In this document: positions 25,820-38,277 of the stretch, in pieces
Position numbering within the stretch: position 1 is the stretch's first letter
Layout of the letters: each line of letters begins with the position of its first letter
Origin: an uncultured delta proteobacterium
GTDB taxonomy: Bacteria > Myxococcota > UBA727 > VGSZ01
NCBI GenBank assembly: GCA_963775425.1
Contig: CAVZJB010000016.1
Location: forward strand, 1,088,001 to 1,152,000
DNA length: 64,000 nt
Direction of reading: 5' to 3'
Program-made: the position numbers and the translations under genes
Notes under the pieces: generated by a model
Told to the model about the DNA's origin: nothing
What the model saw: the letters and a program-made list of their open reading frames with translations, nothing else
Databases searched by the model: none

Positions 25820-28800
25820 ATGCGCACCCCCGCCGGCCTCGCTCGTCTTCTGGTCGCCTCCTTCGCGCTCGGCGCGCTCTCCGCGTGCAGCAACTGCGGC
25901 GGCCCCGCCGAGGGAGAGGGCGAGGGCGAAGGAGACGTCGGCGAAGGCGAGGGCGAAGGCGAGGGCGAAGGCGAGGGCGAAGGCGAAGGCGAGCACACCG
26001 CGTGCGACAACGTCCCCGCCGTGAACCCGGGCGACGACATCTGCGCCGTCACGCCCGGCACCGGCGGCGTCATCGTCATCGGAGAGCTGCTCCTCCCCGG
26101 CGAGACCATCGACGGCGGCGGCGTCGCCGTCGACGACAACGGCCAGATCACGTGCGTCGGCTGCAACTGCATCGACGACAACCCCGGCCTCACCCAGGTG
26201 GTGTGCCCCGACGCCGTCGTCTCCCCCGGCTTCATCAACGCGCACGACCACGCAGGGTGGATGAACGACAAGCCCTGGATCGGCTCCGACGAGAACCCGC
26301 CCGTGGACCCGGCGCTCCGCTGGGAGCAGCGCAACGACTGGCGCAAGGGCCTGCGCGGAAACCCGAAGATCCACGTCGGCGGCGGCGCCAACCAACAGGC
26401 CAAGGCGCTCGGCGAGCTGCGCTTCGTCCTGAGCGGCGCCACCGCCACCAACGCGTCGGGCGGCTTCTCCGGGCCGTCCGGCGACGGCAGCGACGGCTTC
26501 CTGCGCAACGTCGACAACAGCACCGACATGGGCGCCATCGGCGCCAACTTCGTCGACTACCAGACCTTCCCGCTCGGCGACAGCAACGGCACCCAGCTCG
26601 AGAGCGGCTGCGCCTACCCCGGCATCATCTCACCGCCAAACGGCATCACGTACACGCCGCACATCGCGGAGGGCATCGACGCCACCGCGCACAACGAGTT
26701 CCTGTGCCTGTCGTCGAACACCGGCGGCGGCGAGGACCAGATGAGCGAGCACACCGCCATCATCCACGCCATCGGCCTGCTCCCGTCCGACGTGGCCCTC
26801 ATGGCCCAGCGAGGGTCGTCGCTCATCTGGTCGCCGCGCAGCAACGTGTCGCTCTACGGTGACACGGCGCAGGTGCCGCTCTTCCTGCACCTCGGCGTGA
26901 ACGTCGCCCTCGGCACAGACTGGATCCCATCGGGATCCATGAACATGCTGCGCGAGCTTCAGTGCGCCATCGCCATGAACGGCGAGCACTGGGGCGGCGA
27001 GATCTCCAACGAGACCCTGTGGCGCATGGCCACCGTCAACGCGGCCCACGCCGTCGGCGTCGACGAGCAGCTCGGCGTGCTCGCCGCCGGCCACCGCGGC
27101 GACATCGCCGTCTTCGCCAAGCACACCGGGGACGCCGGGGCGCGCGCCGACTACCGCGCCGCCATCGAGGCCACCGACGCCGACGTCGCGCTCGTGTTGA
27201 AGAACGGCAAGCCCATGTCCGGCAACGCCGCCGTCGTCGACGCGCTCGAGAGCGGCTGCGACACCCTCGACGTGTGCGGCACCGCCAAGCGCGTGTGCGC
27301 CTCGCGCGAGACCGGACAGACGCTCGACGCGCTCGAGACCGCCGCCAACGGCTCCCACTACGAGCTCGTCTCCTGCGACGCCGCGCCTTCCAACGAGCCG
27401 AGCTGCAATCCCGAGCGCACGCTCGCCAGCGACATCATCGCCGGCTCCACGCAGTACTCCGGCGTCGACAGCGCCACCGACTCCGACGGCGACGGCATCC
27501 CCAACGACAGCGACGACTGCCCGAACACGTTCAACCCCGTCCGTCCGCTCGACGGTGGCGGACAGGGGGACGCCGACGGTGATCACGTCGGTGACGTCTG
27601 CGACCCCTGCCCGCTCGACGCCGACACCACCACCTGCCAGGTGTTCAACCCCGACGATCGCGACGGCGACGGGCTGAACAACGCGGTCGACAACTGCCCC
27701 AACGACGCAAACGCCGACCAGGCCGACGCTGACAGCGACGGCAAAGGCGACGCCTGTGACGAGTGCCCGAACGACGCAAACCCGGGCGCCGCCGCGTGCC
27801 CCCGCAGCCTCTACGACATCAAGGGCAGCGATCCCCTGGCCATCGACAACACCACCGTGGCCGTGCGCGACGTCGTCGTCACGGCGCTGTCGGTCAACGG
27901 CTACTTCCTCGCCGTGGACCCCGACAGCGCGTCCTACGCGGGCGACGCCGACAGTTGCATTTTCGTGTTCCAATCCTCGGGGACCCTGCCGGCGCCGGGC
28001 GACCGGGTGACCATCACCAACGCCACCGCGTCCAACTTCTTCGACGAGATCGAGCTGAAGAACGCGACGTTCACCGTCGACGGCGCCGGCGCGGTGCCGC
28101 CGCCGGTCACCCTCGCCGCCGGTGACATCGCCGCCACCGTCACGGCCGGCGCGCGCGCGCCGCTCGAGGCGTGCATCGTGCACGTCGACGAGGTCGACGT
28201 CACCGACGCCGCACCCACGCCGGGCGCGGGCGACTCCTGCGGCAGCGCAGGCGCGCCCTGCAACGAGTTCGAGATCGCGGGCGGCCTCCGCGTGGACGAC
28301 CTGCTCTTCCTCATCGACCCGCAGCCGCTGACCGGTGAGCACTTCGTGTTCCTGCAAGGTCCGATGCAGTTCAAGAACGCGTTCCTCAAGATCCTGCCGC
28401 GGGACGAAAACGACGTCGGCTTCGGGCCGCCGGCGCTGGCCGCGGTGGATCCGCCGGTGTCGTACCTGCGCTTGAACGCGGCCGACGCCCCGTCGTTCCC
28501 GACGGCGATGCAGGTGCGCATGAACCGCCCCGTCGACGCGGACACCACGGTGTTGCTCGAGTCGTCGTCGACCGACGTCACGGTGCCCGCCTCCGTGCTT
28601 ATCGCCACCGGCAGCGCCACCGCGCAGGTGCCGCTCACCGCGAGCGCCAACGCCGCCACCGCCACCATCTCGGCGCGCCTCGACGCCGCCGACGCGCCCA
28701 AGACCGCCGACGTCGTCACCCTCGCGGACGACGCGCCCGCCACGGCCACCGCCATCTCGCCGACGCCGGCGACGCTCGGCCTGTCGGAGGCAACCTCCTT

Positions 28801-29497
28801 CACCGTGACCTTCGACGTGCCCACGCCCGCCGCGGGGGCGAGCGTGGACATCGTGGTGGCGCCGGCGGAGCTCGGCACGACCGCCACGCCGCTCGCGGTG
28901 CCCGGCGACGTGCTGTCGGCGACGTTCGACTTCACCTCGGGCGCCGCCGCCGCCACCGGCACGGTGAGCGCGACGCTCGGGGCCACCGTGGTCGCCGACG
29001 TCAACGTCGTCGAGATCACCACGCCGTTCTTCAGCGAGATCGACTACGACATGGTCGGCGCGGACACGGCGGAGTTCTTCGAGATCGCGAACCCCGGGAG
29101 CGCCCCGTTCGACCTCTCGGGCGCCAGCGTGGTGCTCGTCAACGGCAACGGCAACGCCATCTACCGCACCATCGCGCTCTCCGGCGCCATCCCGGGCGGC
29201 GGGCGCTTCGTCGCCGGCAACGTCGCCGGCGCGGACCTCCAGCTCCCCGCGGCGCAGGACGTGATTCAAAACGGCGCGCCCGACGCCATCGCGCTCCTCG
29301 ACGCCACCGGCGCCATCGTCGACGGCCTCGTCTACGAGGGCACCGCGCCCATGTCGTTCGACACGGCGGACGGCGAGACGCTGACCATCACCACGACGAC
29401 GGCGGCGGCGGACTCGAACACGGTGGACGGCGCGCTGTGCGCCAGCGAGCAAGGCGCGTGGGCCTTCTGCGCCGGAGCGCCGACGCCCGGGACGTGA
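25820..29497 (+). CDS. large lipoprotein: GE linker, amidohydrolase, thrombospondin type 3 repeats, OB-fold-like, Ig-like, lamin-tail-like domains
   Basis: Lipobox LSAC; PGFINAHDH, PHIAEG, IIHA, LGTDW; DxDGDG..DNCP repeats; FSEIDYD...EFFEIAN...IQNGAPDAIAL. Confidence 0.88.
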   Translation: MRTPAGLARLLVASFALGALSACSNCGGPAEGEGEGEGDVGEGEGEGEGEGEGEGEGEHTACDNVPAVNPGDDICAVTPGTGGVIVIGELLLPGETIDGGGVAVDDNGQITCVGCNCIDDNPGLTQVVCPDAVVSPGFINAHDHAGWMNDKPWIGSDENPPVDPALRWEQRNDWRKGLRGNPKIHVGGGANQQAKALGELRFVLSGATATNASGGFSGPSGDGSDGFLRNVDNSTDMGAIGANFVDYQTFPLGDSNGTQLESGCAYPGIISPPNGITYTPHIAEGIDATAHNEFLCLSSNTGGGEDQMSEHTAIIHAIGLLPSDVALMAQRGSSLIWSPRSNVSLYGDTAQVPLFLHLGVNVALGTDWIPSGSMNMLRELQCAIAMNGEHWGGEISNETLWRMATVNAAHAVGVDEQLGVLAAGHRGDIAVFAKHTGDAGARADYRAAIEATDADVALVLKNGKPMSGNAAVVDALESGCDTLDVCGTAKRVCASRETGQTLDALETAANGSHYELVSCDAAPSNEPSCNPERTLASDIIAGSTQYSGVDSATDSDGDGIPNDSDDCPNTFNPVRPLDGGGQGDADGDHVGDVCDPCPLDADTTTCQVFNPDDRDGDGLNNAVDNCPNDANADQADADSDGKGDACDECPNDANPGAAACPRSLYDIKGSDPLAIDNTTVAVRDVVVTALSVNGYFLAVDPDSASYAGDADSCIFVFQSSGTLPAPGDRVTITNATASNFFDEIELKNATFTVDGAGAVPPPVTLAAGDIAATVTAGARAPLEACIVHVDEVDVTDAAPTPGAGDSCGSAGAPCNEFEIAGGLRVDDLLFLIDPQPLTGEHFVFLQGPMQFKNAFLKILPRDENDVGFGPPALAAVDPPVSYLRLNAADAPSFPTAMQVRMNRPVDADTTVLLESSSTDVTVPASVLIATGSATAQVPLTASANAATATISARLDAADAPKTADVVTLADDAPATATAISPTPATLGLSEATSFTVTFDVPTPAAGASVDIVVAPAELGTTATPLAVPGDVLSATFDFTSGAAAATGTVSATLGATVVADVNVVEITTPFFSEIDYDMVGADTAEFFEIANPGSAPFDLSGASVVLVNGNGNAIYRTIALSGAIPGGGRFVAGNVAGADLQLPAAQDVIQNGAPDAIALLDATGAIVDGLVYEGTAPMSFDTADGETLTITTTTAAADSNTVDGALCASEQGAWAFCAGAPTPGT

Positions 29498-29507
29498 CGC
29501 TCACGGC

Positions 29508-30413
29508 TCAGATGCGCGGCAGCAGCGTGAACAGCTTCGTGAGGAAGAAGTCGACGAACACCACCATCACCGCGACGTTGACGACGGTCCTGGTGGTGGC
29601 GCGGCCGACGCCCTCGGTGCCCTGCCCGCAGGTGAGCCCCTCGTAGCAGCCGATGATGGCGATGCCGAAGCCGAAGAAGAACGGCTTCATGTAGCCCGAC
29701 AAGAAGTCGGTGACGTGCACCGTGGAAACGGACGACTTGTAGAAGGCGACCATCGACAGGTCGAACTGCAGGTAGGAGATGATCATGCCGCCGATGATGC
29801 CGATGATGTCGGAGAACAGCGCCACGATCGGCAGCATCAGCGTGGTCGCGAGCACGCGCGGGACCACGAGCTTCTTCACCGGGTCGGCGCCGAGGGCGCG
29901 GATGGCGTCGACCTGCTCCGTGACGCGCATCGAGCCGATCTCCGCAGCCATGCCCGCGCCCACGCGGCTGCCGACGACGAGCGCGGTGAACACCGGGCCG
30001 AGCTCGCGCACGATGCTGAGGCTGGTGATCTTGCCGAGGTAGGGGACGGCGCCCATGGTCTGCAGGGTGATGCCGAACTGCAGGGCGAACACGAGGCCGA
30101 CGAAGAAGAGGATGAGCGTGGCGATGGGCATCGACTTCACGCCGATGCTCTCGCACTGGCTCACGAGCTCGTAGACGCCCCAAGGCCTCCGCGCGAAGAC
30201 CTTCATGAACGCCCAGGACAGCTTGGACAGCCCGCCGACGTAGCCGATGGCCTCGCGCGTCTGGCGGCCGACGCGGTGCAGGAAGTCCTCGGTGCCGTGG
30301 GCGACGACGACGGGGACGAGCGAGATCTCGCCGCGGGTCGCGTACGGGTCGAGCCGCGGCGGCCCCGGGGTCTGCGGGGTCGGGGCGTCGGGCTTACCGG
30401 GCTCGTCGCTCAT
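29508..30413 (-). CDS. mlaE: MlaE-family ABC permease
   Basis: IVRELGPVFTAL, AAEIGSMRVTEQVDA, LVVPR, GVGRATTRTVV. Confidence 0.92.
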   Translation of the reverse strand: MSDEPGKPDAPTPQTPGPPRLDPYATRGEISLVPVVVAHGTEDFLHRVGRQTREAIGYVGGLSKLSWAFMKVFARRPWGVYELVSQCESIGVKSMPIATLILFFVGLVFALQFGITLQTMGAVPYLGKITSLSIVRELGPVFTALVVGSRVGAGMAAEIGSMRVTEQVDAIRALGADPVKKLVVPRVLATTLMLPIVALFSDIIGIIGGMIISYLQFDLSMVAFYKSSVSTVHVTDFLSGYMKPFFFGFGIAIIGCYEGLTCGQGTEGVGRATTRTVVNVAVMVVFVDFFLTKLFTLLPRI

Positions 30414-30421
30414 GGCGAAGG

Positions 30422-30930
30422 CTACATCCGGTCCCGGCGCGGGGCCACGTCGAAGCCGTCGCGCACGCGGGTGTAGGCGGGCTCGGCGGAGGCGAAGGTG
30501 CTCGGGTCGGCGTCGAGCACGATGTCGTACACGCACCCGTCCTTCTTGAGGACGAAGAGCCGGAACTGTCGTGCGACGCCGTCGAGCTTGGCCTTCGCCG
30601 TGCTCTCCATGGCCTCGCGGCGCGACCACGGGATGACCTTCTGCGCGAGCATCTGGCGGTCCGTCATGCCCATCAACAGGTCGCTGGTGAGCCCCGCGAG
30701 CGGGCTGTCCTTGACGCCTTCGCAGTGCGAGTTGACGAGGAGCGAGGCGTCGAGCGCGTCGTTGTGCCAGGCGGCGTTGGCGGTCTGGAGCCGGAGCGGC
30801 TGCCAGCCCTTGCCGGGCGCGCCGACGTCGTAGCGGACGGTGCCGTCGTCGAACGTGTTGTCCTTGAGCTGCGGCCCGGTGCACCCGAGCACGGCGACGG
30901 CGACGGCGGCGGCGAGGAGGAGCAGGCGCG

Positions 30931-30934
<4 letters not shown>
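30422..30934 (-). CDS. hypothetical lipoprotein
   Basis: Lipobox VLGC; VLKKDGCVYD C-terminal motif; GTG start overlaps the upstream stop. Confidence 0.78.
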
Positions 30935-31703
<769 letters not shown>

Positions 31704-31707
<4 letters not shown>

Positions 31708-32985
31708 GGCGCCGACTCTGTCACGAAAACGGGCTCGGCGCGCACGCGCCCGAGGACGCGGCCCATGGTGAGCGCGCCGCCGAGGCCGTCGAAGAGCTTG
31801 AGGTGCTCTGCGTCGGCGCCGACCTTCGGGAGCGTGGCGTCCACCATCAGCCAGGTGCCGTCGACGAGGACCTCCGCCCACGCGTGGGGCACGAGCGCGT
31901 CACCCTTGAGCTCGTATCCGACGACGGGGCGCGCCGCGTGGCCGAGCGCGCGCAGCGATGCCACGACGAGCGCGGCGGCGCCGTCGCAGTCGCCGCCGTG
32001 GGCGAGCATGCCCCGCGCCGACGGCGGCCTCTGCTTTTCGTTCGGGTCGACCAGGTCGTGTACGGCGTCGGCGACCGAGGCCGCGTCGACGAGCGGCGCG
32101 CGGCCGGCGCCGTGCTTGCGCGCGAAAGCGACGACGCCGGCGTCGGCGCTGTCGAGGAAGAGGCCAGGCGCCCGATCTTGCGCCGTGGGCTCGCTCGCGG
32201 CGCGGGGCGCTGCGGCAGCTCCTGCCGCCGTCGACGGCGAGGCGCCGTCGAGCATGACGACGGCGGCGACGCCCCCGCCCGCGCCCGCCCGGTGTTGGCC
32301 GGGGCCGTCGAGGTCCATGCTTGTGAGCACGTCATCGACGCCGATGAGCCGGACGCCCGCGCGCCGGCCGCCGGCGACGGTGGGGGCGAGGGGCACGTCG
32401 ACGGGCGCGACGTCGAGCCGGGGAACGCTGTCCCCTTCGAAGAACGCGCCTGGACCTGTCCGCGCGCCCTCGACGTTGGCGCGGGCGACGACGCCGCCGT
32501 GCGCGTCGAGCGCGACGACCTCGGCGCCGCGGCGCTCCACGCGGCCGGCGACGACCTCTCCGCTCGAAAGAATCGACGAGCGCGGCGTCGGTGGGCCGCC
32601 GCGGCTGGGCGTAGCGCAACAGATCGATGAGCAGCGCGCGCGGCCCGGCGGCGACGCGCGCGTCGCCGGACTCGACGACGGCGCCGTGGAGCGACACGTC
32701 GCGCTCCTGGCCGCGACGGTAGCGAGCCGACAGCGCGAAGCCCTCGTCGTCGAGGACGGCGGACAGGCGCGTGCGCACGCCGGAGGTGAAGCGCTCGCGG
32801 CGCTCCACGCGCGCGCCGTCGACGTCGTCGTCGACGAAGGCGACCCGCTCGCCGCGAAAGAACAACGTGGCGGTGTGCGTGGTGGCCGCGCGGTGACAAC
32901 CCGCGAGCCCTGCCGTGAGACCGGCCGCGAGGCCGAGCCCGAGCAGCGCGCGCGCGACGCCGGCGCGCCCGCCCGCGGGGATCAC
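31704..32985 (-). CDS. transglutaminase-like lipoprotein, apparent +1 frameshift at 32570-32574
   Basis: Lipobox LAGC; triad GDC, HAW, VDAT; deleting one base of GATTC joins LVD to LSSGEVVAGRVERR. Confidence 0.78.
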
Positions 32986-33692
32986 GACAGCTCCACGGGC
33001 AGCCGGCCGGCAAACGAGAGCCCCCGCGCGTCGACGGCGCACGAGACGCACAGCACCTCGACGCCCGCGCGCGCCGCGCTCCTGAGCGCGCGCGCGTACG
33101 CCGGGTCGATGTGCCGGGCGGGGCCGAACGCCGAGACGCCGGAGCGCTTGTTCACGTAGAGCATCGCGGCGCGCCGGCCCGCGCGGGCGAGCCGCGCGAG
33201 CGCGTCGAGGTGCTTCTTGCCGCGCGTGGTCACGGCGTCGGGGAAGAGCGCCCGCCGCCCCTCCGCGAGCGTGACGCTCTTCACCTCGACGAAGCAGGCG
33301 CCCGGCTCGAGGCAGAGATCGAAGCGCGAGTGGGAGCGCGGCGACGGCGACACCTCCCGCCGCACCTCGTCGTAGCCGCGCAGCTCCTCGACGAGGCCCT
33401 GGGCGACGGCGCTCGCGGCGAACGCGTTGGCGGCGCCCGTGTTGACGCTCACCCAGTGGCCGCCGGCGCGGACCGCCTCGAGCTCGTACAGGAGCTTGCG
33501 CTTGGTGCCGTCGTGGCGCGTGAGCAGCACGGGCGCGCCCTCGTCGACGAGGCCGGTCATCGCGCCCGTGTTGGCGGTGTGGGCGACCACGGTGGCGCCG
33601 CCGTCGAGGGCGACGTCGACGAAGAACCGCTTGTACCGCCGGATGAGGCGGCCGGTGACGACGGGGCGCTCGAAGGGGACGAGGAGGGTCAT
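32982..33692 (-). CDS. sfsA: sugar fermentation stimulation protein / nuclease SfsA
   Basis: RRYKRFFVDV, HTANTGAM, SRFD, VEVKSVTL, FPDAVTTRGKKHL, IDPAYA. Confidence 0.95.
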   Translation of the reverse strand: MTLLVPFERPVVTGRLIRRYKRFFVDVALDGGATVVAHTANTGAMTGLVDEGAPVLLTRHDGTKRKLLYELEAVRAGGHWVSVNTGAANAFAASAVAQGLVEELRGYDEVRREVSPSPRSHSRFDLCLEPGACFVEVKSVTLAEGRRALFPDAVTTRGKKHLDALARLARAGRRAAMLYVNKRSGVSAFGPARHIDPAYARALRSAARAGVEVLCVSCAVDARGLSFAGRLPVELS

Positions 33693-33718
33693 CGGCGTTC
33701 GGTGCTAGCCTCTACGCT

Positions 33719-34741
33719 ATGGCGACTCTCGCTCTGGACGTCCAGGGAGGCGATCTCGCGCCGGAGGCGCCCCTGTCCGCGGCGGCGCACTTCTCGACGC
33801 GCGCCGGCTGCCCCAGGCTGCTGCTCGTCGGTGACGCCGACCACATCCGCGGCGCGTTGGCGTCGCTGGAGCACGATCCGAGGCTCCTGGAGATCGTCCC
33901 CGCGTCGCAGGCGGTGGCCATGGACGCCGACCCGCGCGAGGCGCTCGACGCGATGCCGGACGCGAGCGTCCTGGTCGCCGCGCGCCTGGTGCGTGACGGC
34001 GAGGCCGACGCGCTCGTCTCCGCCGGCAACACCGGCGCCGTCGTGCTCGCGTGCGCGCGCACATGGAAGCGGCTGCCGGGTGTCAGCCGGTGCGCGCTCG
34101 GCGCCGTCTATCCCACCGAGTCGCGCCGCGGAGAGAAGCAGGACCCGTTCAGCCTCATCCTCGACGCCGGCCTCACGCTCGACGTCACGGCCGAGGACCT
34201 CGTGGGCTTCGCCGTCATGGGCTCCGCGTACGCGCAGCGCATCTCGAAGAACCACGAGCCGCGCGTGGCGCTGTTGAGCAACGGCACCGAGGCGGGCAAG
34301 GGCCTCGACTGCATCGTCGACGCCCACGCGCGCCTGAAGACGCTGCCGGGCATTCGCTTCATCGGCAACGTCGAGGGCATCGACATCGCCAAGGGCACGG
34401 CCGACGTCGTCGTCACCGGCGGCTTCACGGGCAACATCGTCATCAAGATGCTCGAAGGGGTCGCGGAGACGATGCAGTCGCTCCTGCGCTCCGCGTTCGA
34501 TCAGAGTCTGGTGAACAAGGCCGGGCTCGCGCTCCTCGCCCCGGCGTTGCGCGAGCTCAAGAAGACCACCGACTGGGAGCAGTACGGCGGCGCGCCCATC
34601 CTCGGCTTCGATCGCTTGTGCATCAAGGCGCATGGGCGGTCCTCGCCGCGCGCGATCAAGAACGCCCTCAAAGTGGCGGACCGCGCCGTCTCGACCGGGC
34701 TCGTCGACGCGATCGCGGCCGGCATCCGCTATTCTTCCTGA
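33719..34741 (+). CDS. plsX: phosphate acyltransferase PlsX
   Basis: LDVQGGDLAP, VSAGNTGA, FIGNVEG, GFTGNI, YGGAPILG, KAHGRS. Confidence 0.95.
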   Translation: MATLALDVQGGDLAPEAPLSAAAHFSTRAGCPRLLLVGDADHIRGALASLEHDPRLLEIVPASQAVAMDADPREALDAMPDASVLVAARLVRDGEADALVSAGNTGAVVLACARTWKRLPGVSRCALGAVYPTESRRGEKQDPFSLILDAGLTLDVTAEDLVGFAVMGSAYAQRISKNHEPRVALLSNGTEAGKGLDCIVDAHARLKTLPGIRFIGNVEGIDIAKGTADVVVTGGFTGNIVIKMLEGVAETMQSLLRSAFDQSLVNKAGLALLAPALRELKKTTDWEQYGGAPILGFDRLCIKAHGRSSPRAIKNALKVADRAVSTGLVDAIAAGIRYSS

Positions 34742-34742
34742 C

Positions 34743-35609
<867 letters not shown>

Positions 35610-35610
35610 G

Positions 35611-37176
35611 TCAATCGACGCCGCAGTCGCGCAGGCACTTGTCCACGAACGGGGCGATCAGCGTGCCCCCCGACGCGCGCACGTTGCGGACGGTGTCCGT
35701 ACACTTCTGGTGGCAGTGCGCGAGCGCCGCGACCTTTCGCTGCAACGACCAGTGGACCCACGAGGGCCGATGCGCGCGGTGGCGCGCCCGGTGGCGGACG
35801 GCGTGCGCGGGCGCCGCCTGACCTTCGCCGGCGTCCACGGTCCCCGCCCCGTCCGTCGCCCCGTCCGTCGCCCCGTCCGTCGCCCCGTCCGTCGCGTCGT
35901 CCGTCGCCCCGTCTGTCGCTGCCCGCGCGTCCCCCGCGTCCATCGCGCCCGGCGCGTCACGGGCCGCCGGCGCATCGACCGGCGCCGGCCGCTGGCCGAG
36001 CGCGGCGGGAGGCGCGCGGACCAGAGCGTGAATGGCGACGCCGCCGGCGACCGCGAGGAGCGCCGCGGCCGCGACGCCCGCGAGCAGCGCCGTGCGACGG
36101 CTCCGGTCGGGCTGCGCCGCGGCGTGCCGAGCGGTGACGCCGGTCTCCGCGTCGGCGCCGCCGTCCGCCACGAGCTCGGGCATGATCTTCAACGCGAGCT
36201 CGGCGAGCGCACGCACCGTCTTTTCCGATTGCTCGAGATCGTTCGCGAGCGACGAGCGCACGAAGGCGCGCAGCGTGCCGCGCGTGGCCTCGGGGTAGCG
36301 CTCCGCGAGCAGCGCGCGCAGCGACGCCGCCATCGCGGCGCAGGAGGCGAAGCGCGCGCCCGCGTGCGGCTGCAGCGCGCGCGCGACGACGGCGCGCAGG
36401 TCCGGATCGAGCGTGTCGAGCTTGTCCGGCTGAAAGCCCCTGCCCGCGACAGACCAGATCTCCGGCTGGGCTCGTGCGCCGTAGAAGCGGTCACCGGTGA
36501 GCATCTCGTACAGGAGGATCCCCACCGAGTATTGGTCGGAGGCGCCGTCGAGGGCGCTGCCCCGCGCCTGCTCCGGCGACATGTACGCGATCTTTCCGAG
36601 CACCACCTTGGTCTCGGTCTGCTCCACCTTCAGCTCGCTCTGGGCGAGGCCGAAGTCGATGAGCTTCACCTCGCCCTCGAGCGAGATCATCACGTTCTGC
36701 GGGGAGACATCCCGATGCACGACGCGCAGCGGGCGCCCCGTGAGCGCGTGCTTGTGATGATGCGCGCAGTCGAGCCCCTCGAGGACCTCGGCGGCGATGA
36801 AGAGCGCCGCCGACGCAGGCAGCGCCGTCTTGTTGTGCTTGAGCGCGGCCGCCAGCCGGCGGAGGTTGATGCCCTGGATGTGCTCCATGGCGAAGAAGTG
36901 CACGCCGTCGACGCAGCCCACCTTGAACACCTGGCAGATGTTCGGGTGCTGGAGCTGGATGACGATGCGCGCCTCGTCGAGGAAGCGGTTGATGTAGCCG
37001 GGGTCGGTGGCGAGGTCCTGCCGCAGCGTCTTCACGACGACGAGCCGCACCGCGCCCGACACGCCCATGGTGCTCGCAAGGAAGACGTCGCCCATGCCGC
37101 CCTGCGCGATGGGGCTCAGCAAGACGTACGACCCAAAACGGCGCGGAAACCCGGGGGGCGCGGGGCTCGTCTCCAC
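35611..37176 (-). CDS. membrane Ser/Thr protein kinase
   Basis: QGGMGDVF, VVKT, HPNI, HRDVSPQN, DFG, YMSPEQ; TM helix; ATDG repeats near 35846-35919. Confidence 0.93.
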   Translation of the reverse strand: METSPAPPGFPRRFGSYVLLSPIAQGGMGDVFLASTMGVSGAVRLVVVKTLRQDLATDPGYINRFLDEARIVIQLQHPNICQVFKVGCVDGVHFFAMEHIQGINLRRLAAALKHNKTALPASAALFIAAEVLEGLDCAHHHKHALTGRPLRVVHRDVSPQNVMISLEGEVKLIDFGLAQSELKVEQTETKVVLGKIAYMSPEQARGSALDGASDQYSVGILLYEMLTGDRFYGARAQPEIWSVAGRGFQPDKLDTLDPDLRAVVARALQPHAGARFASCAAMAASLRALLAERYPEATRGTLRAFVRSSLANDLEQSEKTVRALAELALKIMPELVADGGADAETGVTARHAAAQPDRSRRTALLAGVAAAALLAVAGGVAIHALVRAPPAALGQRPAPVDAPAARDAPGAMDAGDARAATDGATDDATDGATDGATDGATDGAGTVDAGEGQAAPAHAVRHRARHRAHRPSWVHWSLQRKVAALAHCHQKCTDTVRNVRASGGTLIAPFVDKCLRDCGVD

Positions 37177-37212
37177 GGTCGAGTACACTAGCGCGACGTG
37201 CGTGTCGGAGCG

Positions 37213-38275
37213 GTGGCCCTCGCAAGGAATCTCGTCGGGATTGCAGTGGCGCTCGTCGTCTGCGCCGGAGCCCGCGCCTCCGCCGAGGAGCGGATCGCGC
37301 TCTTGCCGCTCGTCGCCGAAGGGCTCGCCGCCGACGAGATCGGCGGCGTGGACGCCGTGGTGCAGCGCGCCGTCGAGGCGCACTTTGCGCGCCGCGCCAT
37401 CCCCCACGCCACCGTCGTGAAGCGGCTCGAGCGGGGGGGCGCGCGCGGCGTGCGCTGCGATCGTTCGGAATCCCACGTGCACCGCCCAGCTCGGTGCGCT
37501 GTGCGAGGCCGACGTCGTGCTCGTCGCCACCTTTAGCGCGCAGGGCGCCGGAGGCTCCCTCGCCATGCGGCTCGTCGACGTCGCCCACGCGAGCGAGCTC
37601 GCATCGGCACGCGCGCCGGTGGGCGATCGCTTCACCGTACGCGACGTCGACGCGGTGCTCACCGCGCTCGACGCGCCCGCCGCGCGCGCGACGCAACTGG
37701 AGGTGCGCGGGCCGGCGGGCGCGGCGCTCGTCGTCGACGGTGAGCCGAGCGGGACCCTCCCTGCGACGCTCACCGAGCTCTCGCCCGGAAAGCACGGCGT
37801 CACCGTAGGCAGCTTCGAGGCGTCGGTGGAGGTGCACCCGGGCGAGCGTCCCGTCGTCGACGTCCCCGCCACCGCGGTGCCCTCGACGAGCGCGGACCCG
37901 CCTGCGCTCAAGGAGGCCGCGCGAGCGCCGGGCCGGCCGGCGCCCGCGGCGGCGGACACCACGCCCCTCGGGTTCTACGCCGTCGGCGGAGGCGCCGGTG
38001 CCGGCGCGCTCGGCGCCGTCGCCGTGATGGTCGGCCTCGTCCCGCTCCTCACCGCGCAGAGCGCGGCGGCGAACCTGGCGCAGCTCGAGGGCGCCGCGCG
38101 CAGCGACGCCTCGAGCGCCGACGCCAACCGCGCGGCCATCGCCTCCGCGCACCGCGTCGCCGAGGAGAACCTCGCCGCGTGGCACGCCTGGGGCCTGCCG
38201 CTCACCGCGGTGGGCGTCCTCACCGCGAGCGCGGGCTTTGTCGCCGCGGGCGTCGGCCTCGTCGTCTGGGAGTGA
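37213..38275 (+). CDS. secreted/membrane PEGA-domain protein, apparent +1 frameshift at 37468-37472
   Basis: Signal peptide; GAALVVDG..GTLP...PGKHGV PEGA motif; two C-terminal hydrophobic helices; removing one A gives CDRSDPTCTAQLGALC. Confidence 0.72.
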
Positions 38276-38277
38276 GC

